Source of the DNA: Paragordius varius
Lineage: Eukaryota; Animalia; Nematomorpha
NCBI GenBank assembly: GCA_964247055.1
Contig: OZ176057.1
Location: 4,712,001 to 4,776,000 of the forward strand
Direction of reading: 5' to 3'
Length of the DNA: 64,000 bases
Made by a program: the position numbers and the translations under genes. Shown here piece after piece: positions 1 to 12,317 of this stretch; position 1 is the stretch's first letter; each line of letters starts with the position of its first letter. The notes under the pieces are model-generated. The model did not search any database. It saw only the letters and a program-made list of their open reading frames with translations, and was not told where the DNA came from.

Positions 1-2605
1 GCAACCTTGCAAACGTTTCTTCTAATTTGTGGATTATTTTCGCTGCGGTTACCTTTTTCAAAATAAATCCTTCTGCCCATTTCGAGGCACTATCAATTAT
101 CAGCAACCAATACAAACCGTCTACCGGTCCGGCTCAATATGCAAACGCTCCCATACAGCAACATTTTGATCCCACTGATACGTGGAATTCTGAGTAACAT
201 TCGGCCTACTACGTTGGCACGATTCGCATTGACTACTGGCTTTTGCCAGGTCATTTTCTAATTCTGACCAATAACACGTAAATCTAGCCATCGCTTTCAT
301 GGTCTCTACGTTGTTATGCCCGCTGTGTAGGTATCTCACCACCTCTTTTTGGAGGGGTTACGGAATTACTATCCGATCATTTAAACTTAATAAGCCATAT
401 TGATATGCCAACTCGTCTTTACGGTTTACAAACTTTTCTAATTCTGGAGAACTCCAGTCATGGTTGCTTAACGCTTTAATTACTTTTTGTAATACTGAAT
501 CTAATGCGGTTTTTTTTCGAATTTCATCTCTGCTTAACCGCACGTTATGACAATTCAAAAATCTCAAATATCTGGTAACCGCATAATCTTCATCATAGGC
601 AACGATCTCGTCAATTGGCCATCTCGATAAATAATCAGCTCTATTTTGAGCCCCTTTTTGATGACTTATTTCAAAGTCGTATTCATTTATCATATTAATC
701 CACCTTAGTATTTTAACATTATGTATCTCTTTTAAATTTCGATCTCTATTTATTAACTTTACTAAGGGTAAATGGTCAGTTAATATTATAAATTTTCTAC
801 CATATATGAAGCTATGAAACTTTCGTAACGCAAATAATATTGCTTTTAATTCCTTCTCTATAGTGGAATAATTCCTTTCAGCGTTGCTACACTTTTGTGA
901 GGCATACGCTATCGGTAACCTTTCACTATTAACTTCATGACTTAAAATACATCCGAATCCTAAATCTGACGCATCAGTTTCTATTATCAATTTCCTATTC
1001 GGATTATATGGTGTTAAAAACACTTTTTCGCTTAACAAATTATTAGCTGCTACCCAGCTTTTCTCATGTTTCTCAGTCCAACACCATCTCGTATTTTTAC
1101 TAGTTAATTCATGTAAGGGACCAACTATCATTTGTAATTTTGGTATAAAGCGTTCATGAAATGTCAAAAAACCTAAAAAACTACGTAACGACTTTTTATC
1201 TACCGGCCTTTTTAGTTCCTTAATTGCTTTGATTTAGCTTTCACACGGACTTATACCCTTTTTCGAGATTTCAAACCCTAAATAGTTTACTGATTCTGCG
1301 CCTATCATTATTTTATCTTGTCTTAATCCGGCCTTATCGAGACGACTTAATACGTTATTTAAATTGTTAATGTGCTCATTTTCCGTCCTACCAGTCACTA
1401 GAACGTCATCTAAATATACGCAAGTTCCCGGACTTTTAGCCAGCACTTGTGTCATCACTCTTCGGAAGATGATAGATGCCGTGGCCAGTCCAAACGGCAT
1501 GCGTTTGTATCTAAAAAAACCTTTATGTGTTGAGATAGTTAACAATTCTTGACACTCCTCTGCCACTGGCATCTGGAGGTAAGCATCTTTTAAATCAATT
1601 TTCGTGAATGTGGTACCTTCACCTATTTTTGACACCAACTCATCAAACGTGGGGATATGTGGAAGTCTTCTTGCAACCACTTATTAATCGGTACCCGAAA
1701 ATCACTACATATTTTTAATTCGCCATTCGGTTTAAGTACATTAACCGTAGGCGTGGCCCATGTCACAGGTGTGGTGTTAGGATCAACCGGTTCTAAAATG
1801 CCTAACTTTTCTAGCCTCGTCAGCTCTTTCACCACCTTTTCTCTTAATGGAAAAGGCACCCTGCGACATGGCCATACTTTCGGGATCGCATTCGCTGCAA
1901 TGCGAATTTTTACAGGGTCCTTATAACACCCTAACTTATTTTCGAATAAATTTTTAAAATTTTCACAAATCTCATTCAATTTAAGATAATTAACTTTAAC
2001 CTGTGGCATCTCAATCTGGAATTTCGCCATCCAGTCCAATCCACAGATAAGCGGGGCCATCCCCATCGTTTCGCATAGAACACATATGTCCCCGACCATT
2101 TGTTTACCATTTACCTGGACCTTGACACTTGCTGTCCCCATCATTGGCACTGTGGTATTGTTGTACGATTTTACTGGGGGTGTCGGACGCAACTTGGGTT
2201 TACCGATTTGCTCCCATGTGGCAAAGTTTATTACACCAATGTCCGAACCGGTATCATAGATAAAGTCTTTTTTTAACCCGTTTATTATTAGTGTTATCAG
2301 TAAGGGAGTTAGCGCCTTATGACCCACCTTAACTTCCTTCAACAATTGCCTATTGAAGTTGGGTCTTTGTCTTTTGGCCACACATGGTTCAGCTTTCCGC
2401 ATTTGTTGCAGGATCGTCTCCAGGCTGGACACTTGTTGAGTGGGTGTGTGAAACCGCAATGTTTGCATGTAATAGATGATTCTATTATTATTTGTCGATT
2501 GGATTTATTATGTTGTAACCGATTGATGTTATTATTGCTGTTACTGTATCGATTGATATTATTATTGTATTTTTGAGCTGTGATATTCATTGGTTCATCT
2601 GTCAT
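1..2605 (-). pseudogene. Gypsy gag-pol, broken by frameshifts and stops
   Basis: ORF pieces 2339-2605 (gag), 1623-2468 (PR and RT start), 1234-1680 (RT), 358-1167 (RNase H), 121-342 (IN zinc finger). Frame changes at ~1650 (EDFHISP versus HIPTFDEL) and ~1200. Confidence 0.9.
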
Positions 2606-2624
2606 ATCTTGTTTTGGCCACCAA

Positions 2625-2711
2625 TAATAACTGGGGACGACAATGTAAAGGTAACGGTAAATAAATTTATTATATATTGTATATCACAAAAACAAAAGCT
2701 TTATATCATGA

Positions 2712-2765
<54 letters not shown>

Positions 2766-2996
2766 CTAAGAAAATTAGGTTTAATGTATTCACATATATC
2801 AAGGTGAGATGTTTGCTTATATACAATTATCTCAAGGTATAATAATCAAGTGGTGGGTAGTTATAATAATATAATAATAGTACACAGATAAGTTAATAGG
2901 TTAATGTACTAATATATAACGAATGTTGTTTGTGTGGTTAATCTAATCGTGTAATAACAGGTCTATTTAAATTAGCCTGTCAGTTACACTCTAACA
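2625..2996 (-). repeat. 5' LTR of the Gypsy element, with internal (TA)n at ~2713-2764
   Basis: Begins TGTTAG at 2996; followed by a TGGTGGCC PBS-like motif (2616-2623) and the gag ATG (2605); homologous to 44194-44430. The inner boundary is approximate. Confidence 0.75.
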
Positions 2997-4367
2997 TACT
3001 TTTATAAAATTAATCCAGTGTCTAAATTTTATGATAGTTTTTTCATCTAATTCTATGTACTTTACAAAATTTATGTTTTATATTCCAAAATTAATAGAAA
3101 TTAAGATGAAATTAATAATTAAAAATTAAATTAAAGAAAAATATATTAAGTGATATGTTTGAGCCCTTTATCACATTAAACGGTATCCACACAAAAAATA
3201 TTCTTATGAAATAATTTAACGTAGTAGGAAAATGTATCAATTATCATGTGTTTTTTTAATTTTGGCCCCCTTACGAGTGATTTACTAAAATCTTCACTTT
3301 TGTGGTAAGTATTCCATATCAAAAAATGTCTAAATTTTCGCACATTTTTAAATAAAAGTTTTTTTTTTGAATAAATGCTTCAAAAATCATGAATTACAAT
3401 AATAAACGCAAAAATGCAGAGATCGTGTGATTAAATTTTGATTATCTGCTAAATTTTAATATAAATAAAATACTCATATTTAAAAAAATTTTAACATATT
3501 TTTTTATAATTAAAAACGCTTTATGATATTCTAAATGAATTTTATTATACAATGGTGAGCATTTCTATCATCTCACCAATTTCTAAATAATTCGCTTCAA
3601 ATTTATGTTAAATTAAAATGTGTTTCTAAAAAAATGTATTTTTGAAACCAAACGAATTTTAAAATTCTGAGGTGATATAAATATTTAGCATAAACGATTT
3701 ATTTAGTAAAAGTGTTTTTATAATATGCGATATTATATTTCCTTAATGACTCAAAATATTATAAAGTAAGCCTCAACATAAAAATTAAATTTTTGAAATT
3801 ATGTAAAAAAATATTTTAAGTTAATTTCAAAATTAATATTTTTAAAATTTATATAGTGGAATGCAGCATTTCTGCGTTTATTTTAGGAAAATAGCCCTTT
3901 AAGAATAGCGAAATTTCGGACTTACGGAGCCCATATTTAAAAATTAAAATGTTTTAAAATATTGTTTTAATTTATATATGTTGTTTAAGGTATATTTGGG
4001 GATATTTTAGAAATATAGCACTTAGTTATCACCAAAAAATTTTGTTTAACGAATTGCGCGCATGTATAGCCTTTTTTAATATACCATTTGTACTTCAAGA
4101 GTGTCCTTTATCACTTTAGGTTGATCCTTGAACAATTCAAGTTGATCTAACTTTTCTTTTTTTGGTTTTTAACCTTTATCAATCGAACCGTGTATTATAA
4201 ATCTATTTTATTATTTGAACCTATTTTCCTTATGTAACATGAACTTTAAATCACTATAGACTTTTAATATCAGAACTGTATATCTTTAATGATTTGTTTA
4301 AAACTAAAAATATATATATTTGGAATAAATATATTAGTTTTCTGTATTTAAGACATTTATAAATTAA

Positions 4368-4402
4368 CTAGCGTAAATCTCGGGCTTCTAAGCAGCCCGA
4401 GG
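4368..4402 (-). mobile_element. Helitron-type 3' terminus (hairpin plus CTAG)
   Basis: - strand reads CTCGGGCT-gcttaga-AGCCCGAG atttacg CTAG|T: a GC-rich hairpin 7 nt before CTAG, followed by T, which is the canonical Helitron 3' end. The 5' end was not found. Confidence 0.6.
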
Positions 4403-4699
4403 TGGTCCTTCGGACTTTGGGGAGGGGGGAGCTATTTGAAAAAAAAATCAACAAAATTGCGATCCATATATGTGGAATAAGAAACATTATTTAATAGTTA
4501 TAATCTCATAGATTTTCAAAAATGGTACATTCATAATAATATATTGCTTACTGGTGTGAAGGCCCCAAATTGACGGCTAACGGGAAAAACCGCTATGCTA
4601 TAATTATTATATGGGTATTATTTAAGGCATTTATTAAACTCGGATGGCTTCTTAAGTATTTGAAAAAATAGCCCCAAAACTACTCCATTTTTGTATGGA

Positions 4700-7020
4700 G
4701 TCTCAGACCCATGTTCAAGTAAGTACTTACGTCCTTATGCTTAAATCCTTATGCTTACATCCTTGTGCCTAGGCGCTTATGTCTTAATATTTGAAAATTA
4801 AATTCATCGTAAGTCTGCTCCTAGTAGACTTATTAAAATTTCAAAGTGCCAAAACTTTAAAAATATTACGAATTATTGAATTATGTAAAATGGTAGAAAA
4901 ATATTTAACAAATAGTATATATGTTTGTGTAATGTTGCTTCAATCTTTAGACAACCCCTGTTAAAAAATAGATAAATCCTAAAACATACAAGCAAAATTA
5001 AAAGTTTTTTTTAGAAGAAATAGGTAGGCCCAATTATATTTTTTACATTTTTTTGAGGTATCAAAAATATTTGCATACTTTGTGAAATAAAAAAATCTAC
5101 CCATTTTTGAATTTTTTAAATTGGAGGACAGAAAATCTGTATATATAACAAATAATTTACAGGTTTTAGAAATTGCATCGATCTCATACACATCTTAGTT
5201 AACTAAACTCCCAAAATACCTGGAACCCACATGTAAAATCCAAGTTTTTACAATTGATTTAACTTATTTTTTATATTTTGATGTCATGGCGATTATATCT
5301 CACTTTTTGCATCTTATATAATCTACCCATTTTGGATTTTTATAAAAATTTTTACAAATAGATGTATAAAAATAATATTTATTGACAATAAATATATAAT
5401 ATTTGTTGACTATATCTTTCCACCTTGCAAGCGTCTTTATAATCATTTCAATCCACAGTGCACAAAATCGGAGGCTATAAAAAATATCCTAATGAATCAA
5501 ATATATTGCATATTGGGAATATCATGATGATTTTGGTTATAGGTCCAACGAATAATTTGTTATATCCAATAAGGTGGTATTTGTTTCTTATAAAAAACAA
5601 ATTAGGTAATATATATTGTTTTTGGTGATAGTTAAATGCTTCCCTTTAAAAATATCATTAATTTATGAAGTATATAAAACCAAAATTAAGTTACAATTTT
5701 AAGCGTAGACTCCAAAAGTCACAAATTTTTAGACCCGCTAAATGTTTCCCCGAATTTAAAGCAAAAGCTATTAAAAATTTTGAGGTGAAAAATGTTAAGC
5801 ATCATCATATTATATATTAAAAGTGTTTTTGTATACACCATAAAATACGCTAAAAAATTGCCAAAAGAAAAAATTTTATTATATTTTTAAATTCCAGTTT
5901 ATATGTAAAATGTTATCGCGAATCGGCGTTTTTTTTTAAAAAAACTGGCCCATTTTGAAGAGGTCCAAAAAGTTGCGACTTTTGAATATACTTCATGTCA
6001 TAATATGATATTTTTGAAGGGAATTCTTTAACCAAAAAAATATATAAATTTGCCTAATGTGCAACTTTTAGATAAGGAACAATTACTAAAAAAGTGGATA
6101 TAAGTTTAAATTTTTCGTTAGACCTAAAACCAAAAGCACCATGATATTCCTAATATGCTTTTCTATTTGGTTCATGAGAATATTTTTTAGCCTCCGTTTT
6201 TGTGCATTGTGGATATGAATGATTTTTAGACGCTTGCAACGAAAAAACGATATATGTATTTCTAAATATCGTCTATTTATTGTCAATAAATATTATTTTT
6301 GTACATCTAACAGTAAAAATTTATAAAATCCAATAAAATGGGTAGATTCTTCAATTTATCCTCAAAATTTTGATCGCCATGACATCAAAATTTACAAAAA
6401 ATATAGTTAAATTAATTGCAGACCTTCTAAAAAACTTTGAATTTTACATGTGTGTTCCAGATATATTTTTTATAGCAGTAACTAAGATGTGTAAGAGATC
6501 GATGCAATTTTTAAAACCTATAAATTATTGTTATAAATACAGATTTTCTGTCCTCCAATTACAAAATCAGAAACTGGGTAGTTGTTCACAGAGTATGCAA
6601 ATATTTCAATTTTGATGAATCAAAAAAATAAAAAAATAGTTGGATAAAATGCGTACCTATTTCTTCTAAAAAACTTTTGATCTTGCATGCATATTTTAGG
6701 ATCTATTTTTTAACAGGGGCTGTAAACCCCTTTAAATGCCTAAAGATCGAAGCAACATTAAAACCTATTTACTATTTGTTAAATTTACTTTACTTCCTAC
6801 CTCCATTTCACAGAATTCAAATATTCGCAATATTTTTAAAGATATGCCACTTTGAAATTTTAATAAGTCCACTAGGAGCAGACTTATAATGAATGTATGA
6901 TTTTTATTCAAAAATGTAAGCATAAGGACGTAAGCATAAGCATTTAAGCATAAGGATGTAGGCATAAGGATTTAAGCATAAGGACGTAAGTAATACTTAC
7001 CTGAACATGGTTCTCAGTTT
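4700..7020. repeat. ~2.3 kb degenerate palindrome (foldback-like element)
   Basis: 4700-5740 aligns by eye with the reverse complement of 5950-7020. Examples: GTCCTTATGCTTA subrepeats at 4730 versus 6915-7000, and ttgcaagcgtct at 5425 versus 6230. Confidence 0.8.
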
Positions 7021-7129
7021 TAAACCGGTAGACCCCTACCATAGACCTATATGGAAAAAGCGCCGAGTTAAATTTTTTGCCTTTACAGGTCAAATATTTG
7101 GAATTCTCTTTGATACCATCGTCTTTTGG

Positions 7130-8150
7130 ATTCAAAAAAATACCTTATACTAATCGTTATATGATGGCGTATTTTTAGTGTAGAACCCCAAATTAACGTC
7201 TAAGAAAAAAAGGCCTGACTATAAATTTTACCTAGTTACGGGTAATATGAGTTCATATGGCATTATAAATTTTCGGTAAATTTGCTCCAAAAAACGCAAT
7301 TTCCACATATGGCCCAGTTTTTGTTGGGTAGCTCCTTACCCAGTAGCAAAAAAAAGCGTTCGGTAAAATTTTTGCCTTTATATGGGAAATAGGGAATCAT
7401 GGATTCCATATCTCCCTATAAGTTCTTGGATTTTATGGTGGCGCATTTTTTAAGGCGTGAAGGGCCTAATTAACGGCTAATTTTAAAAACGGTATGACCT
7501 AAATTTTTGCTTGTACGGGTAAAATTTAAGCACCTATTGAACTCGTATGGCCTAATAGGCTTTATTTTGGATATCTGGAATTATCATGAATTCCATATGT
7601 ACCTATAAGTTCTTGGAAATGCCTCATAACTAAAAATTGTTCTTTGGTGGCGCATTTCTGATAAGTTTGAAAATAAACTCCTAAACAACGCAATTTCGAT
7701 ATGGTGGCGTAATTTTAGGCGGGTAGCTCCCTTCCTAAAGACTGATATAAAAAAGCGCTTGATTAAGTTTTTGCTTTTTACAGAGAATACCTGAAATCAT
7801 CATTGATCCCACATGCTCTCATTTCTTTTTGGAAAAATTGCTTCAAAACTAAAAAACCATTCTATGGTGACGCATTTTTCAGGGGGTGAAGGTCTTAGTG
7901 ACGTCTAATTTTAGGAAAACCCCACTACCTAAATTTTTGCTTTGTTACGGGTAATATTTTAAGCATCTATTAAACACATATGGCCTGATAGGTTATTTAG
8001 CCTCAAAAGCACGCTATTTCGATATGAGGGGACAGTTTTTAGCAGTATCTCATACCCAGCAAATATAAAAGAAACGTACGACTAAAATTTTTGCCTTTTA
8101 ACAGGGAATACCTGGAATACTCATTGAATTTTTACGATCACATACCTTAG
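7130..8150 (+). repeat. Degenerate tandem repeat (~270-430 bp units)
   Basis: The motif atggtggcgcattttt...gaagg...ctaa...acgggtaa...atggcct recurs at ~7165, ~7436 and ~7862; related copies at ~4550 and ~33650. Confidence 0.6.
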
Positions 8151-9537
8151 ACGAAAAACAAATTCAAAAAATTTTGTGGACTTGATTTTTTTTGAAAAAA
8201 TGGCATTTTACGGGGGAAGCGGGTAAAAAGGGGTCCTAAATTGAAAAAACGAGCCGACTATGCGCAATCGTAAAAAAGTAAAACATATTTCACATCAAAT
8301 GGTCCAACATGTTTTCCGAAAAATTGTCTCAAAGACACGATTTTTGCGGACTTGTTATTAAAAAACCAGTTTTTTACACGGGTGGGCCCCAACCGAGGGC
8401 CTATAAAAAAGGCGAAGCTATTGTCGGGGCATTCATTAATGATTATTTTTTGCCATTTGTTTGGATTTGGATGGGTATACCGGTTTTCCGGAAACACAAA
8501 GCCAGCATTTTCCATTTTTATAAAAATATTGATAATTTTTTTATATTAGAAAAATTAGTTTAACAAAAAAAGTAGTTTGTGAATTAAAAATTTTATTTTT
8601 AAATTAATAATATATAATAAATAAAGAAAATAATCTAACAAATAATTAAAAAATATAGATTCAATCAATAATTATGGTTGAATTAAAATATCGAAATTTC
8701 AAGGATCAACTTGAAGTCAAGGACTAACATAGAATGTTCAAGGACAAACTTGAAGTGTAAAAGGACTCTCTTGAAGCGCAAATAATTTTCACTCTTTTAA
8801 ATATTTGTATTATTTTTTATAAACTTTTTTTAAAAAATCAATCCATTTCAATAATTTTTAAGACTGAAAAAATCAAATGTTTTATAAAGAAAAATAAAGC
8901 TTTAAATAAACGTTTAAACTCAACCGTTTTCATACCCTAAAATTATTTTAGCAAAATTTGTATGCAAACTATTTTAAAAATCACGTTTTTTGTTTTTTAT
9001 GTCTTTTAATAGAACTAACTGATTAAATTTAAATGTTTTTTAAACAGTAAATATTGAAATTATACTAAACGTTAAAATATAATGAAAATTTTTTTTCATA
9101 AAGACATATCATACCTTAATTTTTACTATTTAAATTATAAATAAAACTCCTAAAATATTTAATTGATTGTGATCAATATACAAAACTATTTAAAAAATCA
9201 ACTTTTAAAAATTATGGTTATATTTTGATAAAATATATGTCTTTATTTTAGTTTTGTCCTAATAATTTTAATTTTTATTGTATATGGTACACGGCCCTTG
9301 AGACAAGATAATTTTTTAGGTTTTTTAAATTTTTTAAGTGAATACCACACCTGTATAGGAATGTGATTGGGTTTGAGTTTTTTAACTGTACACATGTACG
9401 AAAATTGAATCAATACATCATTATTTAATGAAAATAATGCAATACAAATATTGTGAACAAAATCATTATTCACATCTCATTAAGCAAATGCATAAAATAT
9501 TTGATTGCAAATATATATCATAATTTCATCCCAGCAC

Positions 9538-12262
9538 CTATAATGCTTTAACTTTATCATGCCGTTGAAACACATCTCGGCCTTGCAAAACCTTTTTATT
9601 ATCATTTTGGGTGTTGTTATTATTGGCTGGAGGGAAATAGTTTAATATATTACTTGCTTCGTATTCGGATTGCACAATAATTTTTTCTACTATCCAATCC
9701 AAAAATGCACTAATTCTGGTGTAAATCCCAGGCGAAGTTCCACAAGCATGGCCCCATGCAGTCACTCCCAGTAATGTATATCGATCGGCAACTTCTTTAT
9801 GTGCAACGTTTGATTTCGTTTTGGAACGGCCGTATTTGGCTGATTTCGGTTGCTTTTGTTGTTTTAGTAGTCTACGCAAAAAAACACCGGTTTGGTTATC
9901 ATTTCGACTTGTACATGCGAGTGGTCCTCCACTATCCCCCTAAAAATAAAGGGAGCAAAATGGTTGGAATTTATTTTTGAACTGTAAAAAGTAGATTTTT
10001 TATATACTTTTGATTTATCAATTAAAATAATATTACTCCCATTAATATGTCGCTTGGTATATAAAATTATTTTTCAATCAATATTAATCGCTTATGATAA
10101 ACCTTAATTAGAGATTTATTTTTTTTTAAATATGCATCAAGAATCATATAAATAAAAGACGTAATATTTTAGTTTACGGTATTCTGTTTTCCAACAGATT
10201 AAAAAAATCATTATGTTAAACCAGGGTTTTCAAACTATCCAAATTCGGAAAGATTTATTAGGAAAACTTATTTATTTTTTACCTCAATATCGTAAAATAT
10301 AAAATGTGAAATTTCTTGGGTTCTGCAAATGTGTGGATACCGTTGGCCTATAAAAACGGTTTTATTATCGTTTAAGGTTACCTTATAGGTCTGATACGAA
10401 AAAAAGGGTATATTATCTTAACATTTTATATGCTGTTGTCGAATATAATTGCAGATATTATTAAAAAATATTAACCGAGTCCTAGTTGAGAATACTATTT
10501 AAAAATTTTGGCGTATACTAAAATTATTTTAGTCATAAATTATGTGCGGCAATATAAAACGTTATATAACACACAATTCTTATTAATGGTTTCTTTAACT
10601 AAAAATAGGCTTGACAAATTACAAAGGGCCATGTGAATGAGGTAGTTAGCTCAAAATATACTATAAAAAATAAATCCATATGAGCTAAAAAAGCCTCAAT
10701 TTAAAATTTTTCATCTCAACTTTAGTAATATTGGTCACTACAATCATTATATATATGTATATATCATTAAATCCCTGGAAAGCTCATCATTCACATAGCT
10801 ATCCAGGATTTAATTATATATTTTAATTTATTTAAAGCATTAGCGGTGCTTTGAATTTTAAAGATGTTGTTTGATCCCTTGGCATAGGAAACAAAAAAGC
10901 CCGCCTACGTTTAAAAATAGTCATTTTGCTCAGGATCGGCCTTAAAAGCTTCCCCTTTACTCATTAATAATGTAACCCAATTATATTTAATAATCAAAAC
11001 ATTATACACTACAAGTATCTCGTTTTAAATATTGATAGCCGGCACATATTTGATCACTTCGTATAAAGCTGTAATGTTTCTTACATAATCCCTCTGGCAC
11101 CAATGGTAAACATACTTGCATAAGTTCCTTTGCATCTAAAATTTCAGTACAACACATTATATTGTTGGTCAATGTTAGTATAAGACAGTAGCGTATGGGA
11201 TGATATTTAATGTCGCAAAATAGGTTATTTATCCTTATACTCTTCTACTGTAATGCCAATTGGCCTAAAATAGCATGAGGGGAGACCAACGTTACTGTGT
11301 ATACGGTGTATAATTATGTGAGTTATTCATTCGTTTCATAATTTTTATAAATGTGAATTTGATTGTTAAAAATATGTTTTTTTTATCCAAATTAAGAGTC
11401 AAATATACTTTCGAATTCGGGAACGATACCCCATCCTGTAGCATAACATTGGGGATCTGTAATGGGTTTATCTGAGGATTTTGGTATGCAAATAGGTCGT
11501 ATCTATTGTCCAAAATAAAATTAGCCATAACACTATATATATATAGTGTGCGAAATAGGTTTTTTTAACAATTGTTTTTTTCATGAGGGAGTTAAAGACC
11601 AATCAATTCATTTGCGTAAAAATTTTTATTTTGTTGAGGACCAAGTATTTGAAAAATTAAGAAAAAATCGAAATCGGGCAAAAAGGTAAAATTAATGATA
11701 ATTCGCAAAATAATGATAAAAGTTGAGTTGTATGGTTGATTAATTTTAGAAGTTTCTATATATAACTAGCTTAGAATCATACAAATAGGCTTTCTCTAAA
11801 ATCTCAGTTCAAAAGATGGCTTTTTTTTAACACACTTAAAAGTTAAAATTAAATTATGAAATTATGTTAAAACAATTAAATATTTACTTGCAAATCATTA
11901 TTAAAATTTCAACATCCATATTTTACTCTGTAAAAAAACTTCTACAAAATAAAACTAAAAATATTATTTTTTATTTTATTTTTATCATGTGGTTTATTGT
12001 AAAAAATGTATACTGTTTTTCTTTGGAATCTATGAGTGGGAGTTATAAAGTATATAATTTATACAAAATAGGATATAAAAGTTATAAAAATCAACCAACA
12101 ATCTGTATAAATTCCTTAACAGGTTTGTTTTAACACAAATTAATATTTTTACTGGAATATGTATGGATTTTTGGTTTTACAGCAAACGAATAAGATGGTC
12201 ATAAAAGCTGGTCATAAGCTAACTCATAAAAAAATTTTTTGTTTAAAATTTGTAGACAGTGT

Positions 12263-12317
<55 letters not shown>

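Larger units (their letters stand above)
1..2996 (-). mobile_element. Ty3/Gypsy LTR retrotransposon (Mag-like), decayed; 3' part runs off the window start
   Basis: Domain order gag zinc knuckle (CKHCGFTH...CPAWRRSCNKCGKLNH) - protease (YDTGSD) - RT (YLDD) - RNase H (ETDAS) - integrase H2C2 (H...H...CESC) on the - strand; 5' LTR ~2625-2996 starting TGTTAG. Confidence 0.95.

Noticed and set aside
1364-1926. + strand ORFs over the Gypsy pol (also 28625-29154 -, 32040-32422 -, 17111-17326 +, 19503-19742 +)
   Set aside because: They are antisense shadows of real coding or TE sequence.
2573-2842. ORFs containing IYIYIY runs (also 12159, 18396, 21074, 24996)
   Set aside because: They are translations of (TA)n microsatellites.
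8258-8563. Overlapping ORFs in a GC-richer block (paralog 33988-34250)
   Set aside because: No recognisable motif, and the ORFs are not conserved in frame between the duplicated copies. Probably TE-derived.
11292-11528. 78-aa ORF MANFILDNRY... overlapping a protease exon
   Set aside because: The true exon is in another frame (IRPICIP...GWG), and the paralog has a 1-nt deletion that breaks this ORF at ~37535.
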